The notes under the pieces were generated by a model, which had not been told where the DNA came from, searched no databases, and saw only the letters and a program-made list of their open reading frames with translations. Shown piece after piece: positions 28,861 to 38,636 of a stretch of DNA of 48,875 bases. Position numbers and translations under genes: made by a program. Source of the stretch: an archaeon (GTDB taxonomy: Archaea > Asgardarchaeota > Thorarchaeia > Thorarchaeales > Thorarchaeaceae); the NCBI GenBank assembly GCA_024276825.1, contig JAJRWI010000056.1, forward strand, positions 1-48,875. Reading direction: 5' to 3'. Numbering within the stretch: position 1 is the stretch's first letter; each line of letters begins with the position of its first letter.

Positions 28861-29760
28861 TTGAAAGCAACACATTACAGGAGCAGTATTGACAAACATG
28901 TTAGTTTGATCCTTGACCATATCTATGTAGACCTTGAAGAACATTCAGAGGACTCATTCTTGCTGGATATTGTTAAGACTATGCTGCTTGAGAAAAGGAT
29001 TCCAATTCATGGACTGATGCCACTTCTGGTCCATAAGAGCTACGGTGGCGATATAAAAGACATATTGCCAATTGCCAGTTCAATTGAGTTGTTGAAGGCT
29101 GCTATTGCAATTCATTATTCGTCCCAGCCTGTTTCTGATGGTCTTGAAACTAATGCTGCACTCGGCATATTATCTGGCAATTTGCTTATAGCTCACTCAA
29201 TCAATGCTCTGAGAAGCACTATGACAAGGGAGATCTTGACCCGTCTTAGTAATGCAATGATCGAACTCATCGATGCGTATGTTCAATTGGTAAGCATCAG
29301 TAGTAATGGGGGGTTCATACCAGATGTTGGCACTTACTCTAGGATTAATAGAAAATTAAGTACCGACTACCTTAGAGAGTCAGTAGATATGATATGCTCA
29401 TTGAATGAGATAAGTGGGTTTCAACATAGCATCATTATGAAAATGACAGACTATATTGGACTTGCATGGCAGTTGAAACAGGATTACAGTGCAGCTCTTG
29501 AGGTCTTAAGGCGTGATATCGAACTGCCGCGTGCTCTGATGAATTATCCGATGATCTATGCGATTGAAAAAAGCTCAATCAAGCCAATGAGGATGCCCAG
29601 TAGTGAAATAATTATAACATTGCTTTATGAAACTGACGCTTTAGAACATACTCGTCATTATGCAAGCTCAATTGTTATGCAAGCAGAACTACTATGCCAG
29701 AGATTGCCCATAAACAAGACAGAGGAGTTTTATGATCTGTTTGAGATGATTACCATCTAA
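28861..29760 (+). CDS. Polyprenyl synthetase (class I isoprenoid synthase) homologue with degenerate catalytic motifs
   Basis: Scaffold motifs IELLKAAIAIH, GILSGNLL, IGLAWQLKQDY, NYPMIYA retained; both DDxxD motifs and the RRG loop absent; frame intact. Confidence 0.7.
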   Translation: MKATHYRSSIDKHVSLILDHIYVDLEEHSEDSFLLDIVKTMLLEKRIPIHGLMPLLVHKSYGGDIKDILPIASSIELLKAAIAIHYSSQPVSDGLETNAALGILSGNLLIAHSINALRSTMTREILTRLSNAMIELIDAYVQLVSISSNGGFIPDVGTYSRINRKLSTDYLRESVDMICSLNEISGFQHSIIMKMTDYIGLAWQLKQDYSAALEVLRRDIELPRALMNYPMIYAIEKSSIKPMRMPSSEIIITLLYETDALEHTRHYASSIVMQAELLCQRLPINKTEEFYDLFEMITI

Positions 29761-29940
29761 CACAGTTCCAGTATTGAAAAAAGGCCTAGACATCAAATCT
29801 AATCCAACGCTCAATTGAGAATGAATTGGTCAAACGAGATATGTTGGACGTAAGATTGTTTTTAAGTAAAGTTTGAGAGTTTTTAGTAGATACCTTGTTG
29901 GAATATACAGGGTTGCTAAGATAACCAGGTGAAGAATAAT

Positions 29941-30495
29941 ATGGTCAAAGACCCAATTGCCAAAAGGATTAGGAAGAAAGCCGCTAAGGACATCAAGGGC
30001 GGCTTTATTGGAAAGATAACCCACTACATACCAGGTTGGCATGGCTATCAGGAGAAGGAGGAGCGCCGTGCAGCTGATAAGGTTCTCCGTGAGTTTCTTG
30101 CAGATCAACTACGACTTGTCAAACAGGACCTTGAAAAGCTGCAGATGATGGTAGTCGATTACAACTTGACTAAGACATGGGAAACATTTGATAGGATGTT
30201 GGCTCTCTGCGATAAGATTGAGTCTGCCATCAGATATGCTGATTACGGCTATGCAGCCTGGGGCTCCAAGGAGAAGATCAATGAGAAAGAGCTTGATAGA
30301 ATGTATGAGTTTGATGCAACTATCATCGACGACATTGGTAACATCAATGATGTTGTTGAGGAGTTCTTAGATGAGATGAATCAGGGCAACTTCGACAAGG
30401 CATGGGAGTACACTTATAGAATGTGGCAGATCTTCCAACGACTTGAGGAGAAATGGAACCAACGCGAGGGCTACATGAAGGGCTATCAAGAGTAG
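29941..30495 (+). CDS. Conserved helical hypothetical protein (IPGxxGY..EERR.AD family)
   Basis: IPGWHGYQEKEERRAADKVLR, IRYADYGY, LDRMYEFD; AGGTGA RBS. Confidence 0.8.
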   Translation: MVKDPIAKRIRKKAAKDIKGGFIGKITHYIPGWHGYQEKEERRAADKVLREFLADQLRLVKQDLEKLQMMVVDYNLTKTWETFDRMLALCDKIESAIRYADYGYAAWGSKEKINEKELDRMYEFDATIIDDIGNINDVVEEFLDEMNQGNFDKAWEYTYRMWQIFQRLEEKWNQREGYMKGYQE

Positions 30496-30508
30496 ACGAT
30501 TCTTCATG

Positions 30509-30550
30509 GATTCCAGGTGCAACCCTGGGATCTGCTCTTTTCTTTTTTAT
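30509..30550 (+). terminator. Hairpin plus T-tract terminator
   Basis: GATTCCAGG-TGCAAC-CCTGGGATC followed by CTTTTCTTTTTTAT. Confidence 0.65.
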
Positions 30551-30932
30551 AACATCCTAAAAGAGTAAAATATGACTTGATAATAGATCGCCTCCGCTAG
30601 TATAGTATGTTGCGAGCTATCTCACCTCAAGGCCAATTTGAAGCATTGGTGTATCCTGTTTGGGTTGCGCGTAGTCTGGAAAATTTTGGGTATCAGCAAC
30701 AATGCATTTGAGAGAACAACTGATGATTAAAGGAGAGGTTAGATAGTAAAGTTCAGTATGCATTGGCATCTACTGTACAATGTTATGAATGTCATCAGTG
30801 CCATTTATGAGCGAATATGTCTAAAATTTCCAATTTGCAATGAATGACTACCAATGCGAAGTTAAAATCTGTAAGTAAAATCGAGGCAATATTTGCAAAA
30901 ATGATGAAAAGCAAAATGTCTTCCGAAAGCCT

Positions 30933-31559
30933 ATGCTAGACATTTTCATTGTAAGAATGGTTGCAGGAACTATTCTCATCACTTCAATTGTAGTCTTCTA
31001 TTGGATAAGTAGAAACAGAATCAGTAAGGAAGACAGGTCAGCAGAACCACCGACAAGAGAGGATGTTCAAGAACTTCTTCAGATGCTTTGGAAATCAGTT
31101 GCGATATATATCCCATTCATATCAATCATTCTGACGGTACTGTCACCAGAAATGATCTATGAAACCTGGTTTAGTCTATCCTTCACAGGAGATGAGATTG
31201 TTCAAATTGCGGGTATTGTCTTTTATCTGCTTGGAGCTGCTCTCCTAATATTTAGCAAAAGACATCTTGGCCGGTTTTTGGTTGTTGACATCATGGTGTC
31301 TAAGGAACATCAACTGATAACAACAGGACCTTATGCAAGAATTCGACATCCAATCTATACAGCAGTCATACTTCTAAATATCTCTGTGGTCTTGTTTACA
31401 CTCAACTTTCTTTTGGTTCTGAATCTCTTTGCTGCCATAGCCATTGCAAATTACAGGGCAACAATCGAGGAGGCATTGCTTTCATCTCAAGATGCCTTTG
31501 GTTCAGAATACAAGAGATACATGATGCGAACAGGCAGATTTCTTCCTAAGTTAAGATAA
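30933..31559 (+). CDS. Isoprenylcysteine carboxyl methyltransferase (ICMT/Ste14/PEMT) family protein
   Basis: HQLITTGPYARIRHPIY, RATIEEALL, FGSEYKRY..RTGRFLP. Confidence 0.9.
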   Translation: MLDIFIVRMVAGTILITSIVVFYWISRNRISKEDRSAEPPTREDVQELLQMLWKSVAIYIPFISIILTVLSPEMIYETWFSLSFTGDEIVQIAGIVFYLLGAALLIFSKRHLGRFLVVDIMVSKEHQLITTGPYARIRHPIYTAVILLNISVVLFTLNFLLVLNLFAAIAIANYRATIEEALLSSQDAFGSEYKRYMMRTGRFLPKLR

Positions 31560-31619
31560 ACCTCAAGTATCAGGACTTTTATCTACAAGTTCAGACAAAC
31601 ATAAACTGGAGAATGAGTC

Positions 31620-31805
31620 ATGCACTGCCCAAAATGCAACAAAGAAGTTGTTATCATGGCAATCTCTCTTCATTCCATATCAGAGGATGAACTTGAACTC
31701 CTTCGAAACAAGATCGAGTCCGAAGGGAGAATTATTCTGTTCAATCCCCCTCCTGTTGGCCCCTACATCTGTCCGATTTGTCATTCACAACTTCAAGAGG
31801 AATGA
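31620..31805 (+). CDS. Small Zn-finger protein
   Basis: 61 aa with terminal CPKC and CPIC pairs; GGAG RBS. Confidence 0.65.
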   Translation: MHCPKCNKEVVIMAISLHSISEDELELLRNKIESEGRIILFNPPPVGPYICPICHSQLQEE

Positions 31806-31953
31806 CCATGCATATCTACGCCCATCCCTACAGCATTCAGTATATTGTTTAGATAAATGCGATATTATTCGAAGTATATTAGAAATAATTGCTAACAAGT
31901 AAATCTTTGATTTCCCTTAAATATCAGATTATACCTGGTCGTGAAGATATACA

Positions 31954-32304
31954 ATGATGGATCAGCATGATATGTCAATATGCCATAATGAACAGAACAC
32001 CAATCGTGACACAGTTCTTATCCAACTTAAGCAAATCACCGATGAATTCATTGACAATGCTGTGAAAAATACAGAACGAGAGAAACTTCTGGACTGTCAT
32101 AATCGACTTATTGATACCCTGATGAGGGTTTGGAATGAGGTTGAACAGGGAACGCTTAAGATCGACTGTAAAGCAATGTTAAGAAGTATCTGCAACATTA
32201 CATGTCCAGACCTCTTGACTCAAATAAACAGCATGGGCATTAACAAAGCACAATTAATACGCGAGCTCAGACTACTATCAAACACAATAAAGTTCATCTT
32301 TTGA
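31954..32304 (+). CDS. Hypothetical protein
   Basis: 116 aa helical ORF filling an intergenic gap; no recognisable motif. Confidence 0.5.
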   Translation: MMDQHDMSICHNEQNTNRDTVLIQLKQITDEFIDNAVKNTEREKLLDCHNRLIDTLMRVWNEVEQGTLKIDCKAMLRSICNITCPDLLTQINSMGINKAQLIRELRLLSNTIKFIF

Positions 32305-32360
32305 TTCGTGATTTAGAATAAGATTAATTGCCCTGTTATCCATTCATAATTTTGGTTATC

Positions 32361-33116
32361 ATGCGACTCACAGTATTGGGCTCTGGTACTTCATATCCAT
32401 ATCCATCAAGGGTTCAAGCAGGGATACTTGTTGAAACAAGGGAAACACCATTAATTTTTGATATTGGTTCAGGCATACTTCATAGACTTGTTCAGACTGG
32501 TGTTGAACTGACAGACATTGAACATGTCTTTTTCACGCATTTTCATATTGACCATTCTTCAGACTTTCTAACCTTCTATCAGACTTTATGGCTCTTGGGC
32601 TATGATATGACACTGAATTTACATGGACCATCTAACATTAGTGAGTGGTACAAGGGGCTCTTTGAGATTGCATACCCATACCTTCGCGATAAGTTCAATA
32701 TCGAGAGAGGAGTTCTTGATGAGAATGATGTAGTGTATATTGGAAGTGCGATAGTCACCACATGCCCAACATTGCACGGAAGTATTCCAAGCAGGGCATT
32801 TAGAATCGAAGAAGGTGGAAAATCAATTGTCTATTCGGGTGATACTGCCCCTTGTCAAGAGCTGATTGATCTTGCACACAAGACTGATGTGCTTGTGCAT
32901 GAGTGCAACTGGCTTGATGGCAATCATCCAAAGGGGGTTCACACGAGTCCATCGGAGCTTACCAAGATTATAGAGGCATGCGAGCCTAAGAAGGTCATAT
33001 TGACACATTTAGCCCCAGAGGTTGTAAATGATGAAGAACGTGTTCTTTCCATAACAAAAAGACGGACCAATGCTGAGATCTTGCTAGGTAAGGATCTCAT
33101 GACTATCGAGGTGTGA
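32361..33116 (+). CDS. Metallo-beta-lactamase fold hydrolase, RNase Z/AtsA-like
   Basis: LTVLGSG, THFHIDH (HxHxDH), YSGDT, HEC, HTSP, LTHL. Confidence 0.9.
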   Translation: MRLTVLGSGTSYPYPSRVQAGILVETRETPLIFDIGSGILHRLVQTGVELTDIEHVFFTHFHIDHSSDFLTFYQTLWLLGYDMTLNLHGPSNISEWYKGLFEIAYPYLRDKFNIERGVLDENDVVYIGSAIVTTCPTLHGSIPSRAFRIEEGGKSIVYSGDTAPCQELIDLAHKTDVLVHECNWLDGNHPKGVHTSPSELTKIIEACEPKKVILTHLAPEVVNDEERVLSITKRRTNAEILLGKDLMTIEV

Positions 33117-33542
33117 TCATTCGGGCAGATACATCTTTCTGATATTAATTAGACCAAACATTGCTGTTGCAACAAAGAGAGGAGCCAACATCGTCAAGCC
33201 TGTGAATTCAGGGAATAGCAAATATACTCCATGAAGTTCGTAATAGTAAGCATTGATTACGAAAAACACAAACCATGCAGTTGAGTGAATGATATTGAAA
33301 TAGGTTGCTATTCGTCCAAAGCGATTCTCAAGGACCCTAAGTAAATAAATGACCTCGCGAAACAGCCAAACCAATAGAAATAGTGTGGCAGCAATCATGT
33401 ACAACATTCCAATAATATATCCAATAGAGTAGATGATTGCTAATACCGCGATTAGATAAATCCACGTGACCATTGGATTGAAGTATCTAACATCAGACTG
33501 TGTGCGTTTCTCAGCACCACTATCAGAATTATCATCGGTCAA
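33117..33542 (-). CDS. Small 4-TM membrane protein
   Basis: 141 aa with four hydrophobic segments. Confidence 0.7.
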   Translation of the reverse strand: MTDDNSDSGAEKRTQSDVRYFNPMVTWIYLIAVLAIIYSIGYIIGMLYMIAATLFLLVWLFREVIYLLRVLENRFGRIATYFNIIHSTAWFVFFVINAYYYELHGVYLLFPEFTGLTMLAPLFVATAMFGLINIRKMYLPE

Positions 33543-33609
33543 GATTATTCAGCAATACTAATCATTTTGAACTTATAACTGGGACCATGATAGCACATGA
33601 ACCACTATA

Positions 33610-35070
33610 CTATTCTGTAGAGCCACTGGTGTTATTTTCTGGACCTATGACAACTACCTTGTCATCAACAATCTTTGCAATTCCAAGCTCCTCATAGCTC
33701 TCGGCCCATTTTGTGACAACTGCAGGAGACACACCAATAAACCGAGCCAACTCACGAATAGTCATTTCACCAACATCAGCAACTGTGAGAAATGCCTTCG
33801 TTTTCTCTGCGGTGTTCATCAATTTTGTAAAAGTATCAATGGTTCTCTTGGCAGTGGCCAGTTCCTGTTTGATTGCTTCATAGTCGCGTGCCGTACGTTC
33901 GTGAGATGCGGAAACTCTTTCCAGTTCTGATTTTAATCTGGCTGTCTCACGAACAATATCACCTGACTCGTAAGATCGAAGTTTTGCCCGAAGCTCGTCG
34001 ATTTCAGTGAGCCGCTCCTTGTTGCGTTCAAGCTCGGCATTGAGTTGGTGAATTTTTACTGTCAGGTCCTCAATCTTGAGGTCTCTCTGCGCAATTTCAG
34101 CACGAAGCTCACTGCCGACTCTGACTGCTTCTTCGGTTTCGTTCTTTGCAGCGCTAAGTTTTTCCTCAAGAAGTTCCTTTGCTGCCTCTGCGGCCTTGAG
34201 CTGCTGGCGCAGTTCAGCAATCTGTGCAGTATCCGCAGCTGGTGCAGCCTTCATTGTGCTTATCCTAGATTCAAGGGCCTCAACGCGAGCCTTTTCAACT
34301 GCCAATTGGTCTTGAAGTGCACGGATTTGTTCCTCTCTATTGGCTAACTTCTCAAGGGCTATATTCAAATCGCGCTGTAGCTCCTCAACTCGTCGCTCGA
34401 GTGTTTCAAGATGGTCCATGGTTTCTTTAGGGATTGTTTCCTGAGGCTTCTTTATTAGTTCTGTCTGTAGGAATTCAAGTTCTGTGAGTGTGCGTTGGGT
34501 ATAATCGCCCACCGAAGATTTCAGGGTTGAGAGCTCCTGCAGCGAATTCTGAAGAACAGATTTGAGTCCTTCAACAATGTCCTTTACTTTTTCAAGCAGG
34601 GGTTCGGACATGCCAGAAGTCAGAGTCCCCTCGACGATCCCAAACTCTTCCTCGACTATGGGAGCAACATCATTCTCAATAAATGTTAGTTGAAGATTGG
34701 TCTTTGCTTTCCGACGGCTTCGACCGATGATAGTTTCCTTTAGACTGACAAGACTACCCTTGAGGTTTACAAGGAATGTAAGTACTATTGGAACAACATC
34801 ACGTTCAACGCGATCAATCGCCTCATCAATCATCATAAGGTTATGCTCAAGAAGATTCATGCTCTCCTTGAGAGTTTCATAGCTCTTCTCAATCTCCATG
34901 TTTCTTCTTACATCGCGAGCAGATTCTACACGAACAACATCACTCTTAAGCCGGCCTGATTCAATGAGCTCCTCCTTTAGTTCAGGATCAACGCCTAGTT
35001 CATCAAGCATTTTGTCTACGACCTGTGATTCATCATGCGAAGGGGTTTCATCATCAAATTCTTCTGGCAT
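33610..35070 (-). CDS. Long coiled-coil protein with C-terminal winged helix
   Basis: Heptad-rich central region; C-terminal MTIRELARFIGVSPAVVTKW HTH; GGAGG RBS before ATG 35070. Confidence 0.8.
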   Translation of the reverse strand: MPEEFDDETPSHDESQVVDKMLDELGVDPELKEELIESGRLKSDVVRVESARDVRRNMEIEKSYETLKESMNLLEHNLMMIDEAIDRVERDVVPIVLTFLVNLKGSLVSLKETIIGRSRRKAKTNLQLTFIENDVAPIVEEEFGIVEGTLTSGMSEPLLEKVKDIVEGLKSVLQNSLQELSTLKSSVGDYTQRTLTELEFLQTELIKKPQETIPKETMDHLETLERRVEELQRDLNIALEKLANREEQIRALQDQLAVEKARVEALESRISTMKAAPAADTAQIAELRQQLKAAEAAKELLEEKLSAAKNETEEAVRVGSELRAEIAQRDLKIEDLTVKIHQLNAELERNKERLTEIDELRAKLRSYESGDIVRETARLKSELERVSASHERTARDYEAIKQELATAKRTIDTFTKLMNTAEKTKAFLTVADVGEMTIRELARFIGVSPAVVTKWAESYEELGIAKIVDDKVVVIGPENNTSGSTE

Positions 35071-35164
35071 TGAAAATCCTCCAAGGACTATGGATAAATG
35101 ACACCTTGATAACACATATATCTTTTCGAAAGACTGGCGGATTGTAAAAATCAGGTGTTAAATC

Positions 35165-36016
35165 ATGAGACTACTAATTGACATGCAGGCAAACATCATC
35201 AACCAAGGATCCTCCAAGATCTCTGATGGTCTCATGATCTGGCATCTTTTTACAGACATGGCAAATCAGTTTGTCACAAGCTTTGATGTTTTTCCACCCG
35301 CAAGAGTTGTTGAAAAAGCAGAGAATAATATGGTCGCCATGGTAAAGATTCCCGAACTCAACCCGGGAGAGAGTTTTTCGCCAACTGTCATTCTTCGAAT
35401 CGACACAACAACAAGAGACTGGTTGATCGAGAATCAAGACTACACAGATAGGGACATTAAGCAGATTCGTGGCACATATTGTAAGATGTTAAGGTATTGG
35501 GAGATAGAGGACCCTCTGATTCAGGACATCTCACAGAGTATTGCTGAGAGAAGTAAAGACGATGAGAGCTACGCGCATATTGCTTATCAGGTTGTTCGAG
35601 AAATGGTGAAATTGAAGACCCATCTGGATTATAGGCTTGGTGCTTCAGCAGTAGCAAGGGGAAAAGAAGGAGATTGTGATGAACATGCGGACCTCTTTGT
35701 TGCCTTGAACCGTGCTGTAAAGATCCCAGCAAGGAGGGTTGTGGGTCATTACTATAATGGCAGGGATGAGCCTGAGCCACATGCCTGGGCAGAGGTGTTT
35801 CTAGAAAACAAGGGATGGATTCCAGTAGACCCAGCTCTAGGGTCATTTGGCTTGCTCAGCGAGAGATACTTCTCAAGAATACGAGAGGGGTTGGTTTCTG
35901 AGAGACCTACTATTCAGGTAAAATGGAATAGTATGAAGCGCAAGAAAGAACCTGTGCAGATCGAAGAGCAGGTCAGAATGTCCGTCATCAAAAACGGAAA
36001 GAGTTTTGACAAGTGA
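35165..36016 (+). CDS. Transglutaminase-like domain protein
   Basis: GDCDEH, IPARRVVG, HAWAEV, WIPVDP (Cys-His-Asp triad). Confidence 0.92.
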   Translation: MRLLIDMQANIINQGSSKISDGLMIWHLFTDMANQFVTSFDVFPPARVVEKAENNMVAMVKIPELNPGESFSPTVILRIDTTTRDWLIENQDYTDRDIKQIRGTYCKMLRYWEIEDPLIQDISQSIAERSKDDESYAHIAYQVVREMVKLKTHLDYRLGASAVARGKEGDCDEHADLFVALNRAVKIPARRVVGHYYNGRDEPEPHAWAEVFLENKGWIPVDPALGSFGLLSERYFSRIREGLVSERPTIQVKWNSMKRKKEPVQIEEQVRMSVIKNGKSFDK

Positions 36017-36024
36017 TTTCTTTT

Positions 36025-36753
36025 TTAGAGAAGATCTATTAGACCTGATGCTTGAAGCACTACAAACATCTCCGCCCCGAAAATCCAGCATGAATGAGTA
36101 TCAAAGATGCAACACTGTATAGTTGGCAACAGGTCCTTTTCATAACCCGAGTGAAAAGATCCTGCAATATGATGCACCATCATTTCTCCATAGGCAGAAA
36201 CCTGGGGGAGAGATTCCATGAATCGCTTCGGAAGTGATGATAAGGGTCCGGGCTTGTAATCGCAGACCTGTATCCGGTTATCGGAATATCTGATTAAATC
36301 GATGTGTCCTGTGAGATGGAACCTATCGCTCCAGACTGGCACCTCAATGGCAATGGCATCTGGATCATGATAGAGAAAGTCTTGTAGTATCCCATGATTA
36401 GCAGAGTACGATGTGTCATTCCGATTCTTATGGAAATCGCGGATAAACTTGACAAGTGGGTTTTGAGGATCACTCTTGATCCTTCCTGTTTTAAAGAACT
36501 TCTTGCGCAGCGATACCAATTTCATTGGAGACATCTTGGTAAGTTTCAGTGATGATGCTCTTGCATAGAATGGACTGTTGAATGGGGTTTCTGGAATCTT
36601 ACTTGAAAGAATCATGGAGAGCAGAGCCCAGAGTGATGCAAGGTCGCCCTCATCCTTTCCAAGTCTTCTATGTGTTGTGACATTCCATTGAAATTGATAA
36701 GCAAGTCTTCCATGTTGGATTGTCCGTCTTACTATCTCAGGGCTCCCATTCAT
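36025..36753 (-). CDS. PD-(D/E)XK (RecB-like) nuclease family protein
   Basis: IEVPV, GHIDLI, DYKP, QVSAY. Confidence 0.8.
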   Translation of the reverse strand: MNGSPEIVRRTIQHGRLAYQFQWNVTTHRRLGKDEGDLASLWALLSMILSSKIPETPFNSPFYARASSLKLTKMSPMKLVSLRKKFFKTGRIKSDPQNPLVKFIRDFHKNRNDTSYSANHGILQDFLYHDPDAIAIEVPVWSDRFHLTGHIDLIRYSDNRIQVCDYKPGPLSSLPKRFMESLPQVSAYGEMMVHHIAGSFHSGYEKDLLPTIQCCIFDTHSCWIFGAEMFVVLQASGLIDLL

Positions 36754-36824
36754 TCTAAATCAAGATGTGGAGTAGACTTAATCTTTTTAATGCACCGACC
36801 TTCTCTTAGGCATGTGGGACAACA

Positions 36825-37124
36825 ATGACATATGCATTCTGTGTGTTTTATCGGTTCAGACTTCTCTCACCCGAAGAGAGTGAAAAAGCCAGAGAGTTCT
36901 GGAAGGTGTTTTCAAAAGAGGATTGGCCCCAGGAGTTGAAGATTATTGGTGACTACAGTTTTGCATGGGGCACTGAATGGAATGGATTCTTACTTATTGA
37001 GTCAGAAAATGCTGAGATGTTCTTCCAGTTCTGGCCAAGGTTCAGAGAGAAGACAAGATGGTATATTGAAAACACAAGAACAGTAATTGGAAAGAAACGT
37101 AGTACAGATGAATTGCCAATCTGA
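36825..37124 (+). CDS. Small dimeric alpha/beta-barrel-like protein (GYD/DUF3303-like)
   Basis: 99 aa beta-alpha-beta pattern, WGTEWNGFLLIESEN. Confidence 0.6.
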   Translation: MTYAFCVFYRFRLLSPEESEKAREFWKVFSKEDWPQELKIIGDYSFAWGTEWNGFLLIESENAEMFFQFWPRFREKTRWYIENTRTVIGKKRSTDELPI

Positions 37125-37176
37125 TCAGAAAAAGGCATGGCAGGAGAGGTCATTGGACCCCTCTGCACATTTTCGT

Positions 37177-37941
37177 CTAGATTTCCAGGGCAGTGTCTTC
37201 CATGAGGTTGACAATCCACTCTACATCCTTCTCAGGAATGCCTTCGCCAGTCTTGTAGACGACTATGCTTCCTGCGAGTGCATTGATTATTGTTGTAAGA
37301 TGAGCCCCACTAGGATAGCTGAACGTGCCTCTGAACCTGACAATCTCGCCATTATATTTTCTTGTGTACAAGGACATCTCAGAAATAGTCTTTATTCCAG
37401 GACCATGAAACTCAACACCACTAAGGGGCGAAGAATCTACTTTTAGGCCCGATACGAAAACAGATGATATGTCCATAGCCTTGTCATAGATTACTTTTGT
37501 GCCGCCATTGAGATTCAAGGGGGACATCTTGGCACCTGTCAAGTCTTCGAGAACCCGTTTGAATCGCCTAGCCATTCTCTCTGAGCCTCTGATTTCAACA
37601 GTGCCCTTGTCAAACTTGACAAACACATGTGCCCTATCAACGGTCATGTAATTGGAAGAGACAAGTTCACCCTCAGAATTCAAGCTTAGAACTGGAACGC
37701 TGTAGTTTGAAACAAATTCGGCACTCACAACTTTTCCAGAGGTCTTAACCTTAAAGAATCCGGATGTGATTTTCTTCTTGCTGGGCTTGAATGGCTGGTT
37801 CTTAAACTGGTTCGCGAGTTGACTCGGTGACAGATTCATGTCTTCAAGCCGGAATAGCTTGATTGACAGGCCTAAACCTCGAGGCTTGATCAGCTTCGAT
37901 CTTGTTCGTTTGGTGGTCTTCTTTTTCGTGCTCAACGTCAC
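37177..37941 (-). CDS. Basic hypothetical protein
   Basis: 254 aa ORF with Lys/Arg-rich N-terminal tail, mixed alpha/beta. Confidence 0.7.
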   Translation of the reverse strand: MTLSTKKKTTKRTRSKLIKPRGLGLSIKLFRLEDMNLSPSQLANQFKNQPFKPSKKKITSGFFKVKTSGKVVSAEFVSNYSVPVLSLNSEGELVSSNYMTVDRAHVFVKFDKGTVEIRGSERMARRFKRVLEDLTGAKMSPLNLNGGTKVIYDKAMDISSVFVSGLKVDSSPLSGVEFHGPGIKTISEMSLYTRKYNGEIVRFRGTFSYPSGAHLTTIINALAGSIVVYKTGEGIPEKDVEWIVNLMEDTALEI

Positions 37942-38174
37942 TTCAACTCGTATTCGTTTGATTGGTACAACTATACCTTAACTTCCTGTGGAAATTGGAT
38001 TTTACATTAATAAGCTATACATCAAATCTAGGACATATTTGGATTATAACTGGGATAATATCCAGAAACATATGAGTGTATGAAAACTCTGAAAGTGTTT
38101 AATTATTGCACTTTTTTGAGACACCCCAATGGCGCCAAATTGTAATATGCCATCAATACCGAGAGATAGTCCAG

Positions 38175-38636
38175 TCATACTCGATTATTAAGAATCAGCT
38201 TGATGATTCTCTTGTGCATTGTTGCTGGATCTGAAACAAACGGTTTGAATTCAGAACTACGGGCAGTCTTAATGCAATCAAGAAGTTTGTCTATGTCACT
38301 ACACCATACAAGATGTCCTCTGCGGGCCATTTCACCAATTAATTGAGATTGGTGGCCTTCCATGAGAGTGGTGTTTTCAATCACAACTAGTCTAAGACCT
38401 CGCTTCACACATTCAATTGTTGTTCCTGCACCACCCGTACTTATGATCAATTCCGCTTTATCGTAAGCTTTCATCAGAGAGCGGATAAATCTGAAATATT
38501 TGAAGTGTGATGGAATGTATGAACCCCGACCTATCTGTGCAACCACCTTTTCTTTGATAAGACCATCACCAACAAGTTGATCCATTTTTTCAATCAACGG
38601 ATCAAAATGTGCAGTCCCGACAGTCACGAATATCAT
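38175..38636 (-). CDS. alg13: Alg13/PssE-like UDP-sugar transferase catalytic subunit (GT28 C-terminal)
   Basis: MIFVTVGT.HFDPLI, AQIG, STGGAGT, HQ; ATGA overlap with alg14. Confidence 0.85.
   Translation of the reverse strand: MIFVTVGTAHFDPLIEKMDQLVGDGLIKEKVVAQIGRGSYIPSHFKYFRFIRSLMKAYDKAELIISTGGAGTTIECVKRGLRLVVIENTTLMEGHQSQLIGEMARRGHLVWCSDIDKLLDCIKTARSSEFKPFVSDPATMHKRIIKLILNNRV

Noticed and set aside
29830-30108. 92-aa hydrophobic minus-strand ORF
   Set aside because: Largely antisense to the well-supported 29941-30495 gene.
30753-30800. Minus-strand TGATGA...CTGA as a C/D-box sRNA
   Set aside because: Short, with no internal D'/C' boxes and no recognisable target.
33610-35070. SMC/Rad50 annotation for the coiled-coil protein
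   Set aside because: No Walker A/B, signature motif or hinge/zinc hook.
36025-36753. Cas4 or a CRISPR locus
   Set aside because: No Cas4-type Cys cluster, no other cas genes and no repeat-spacer array seen in the window.
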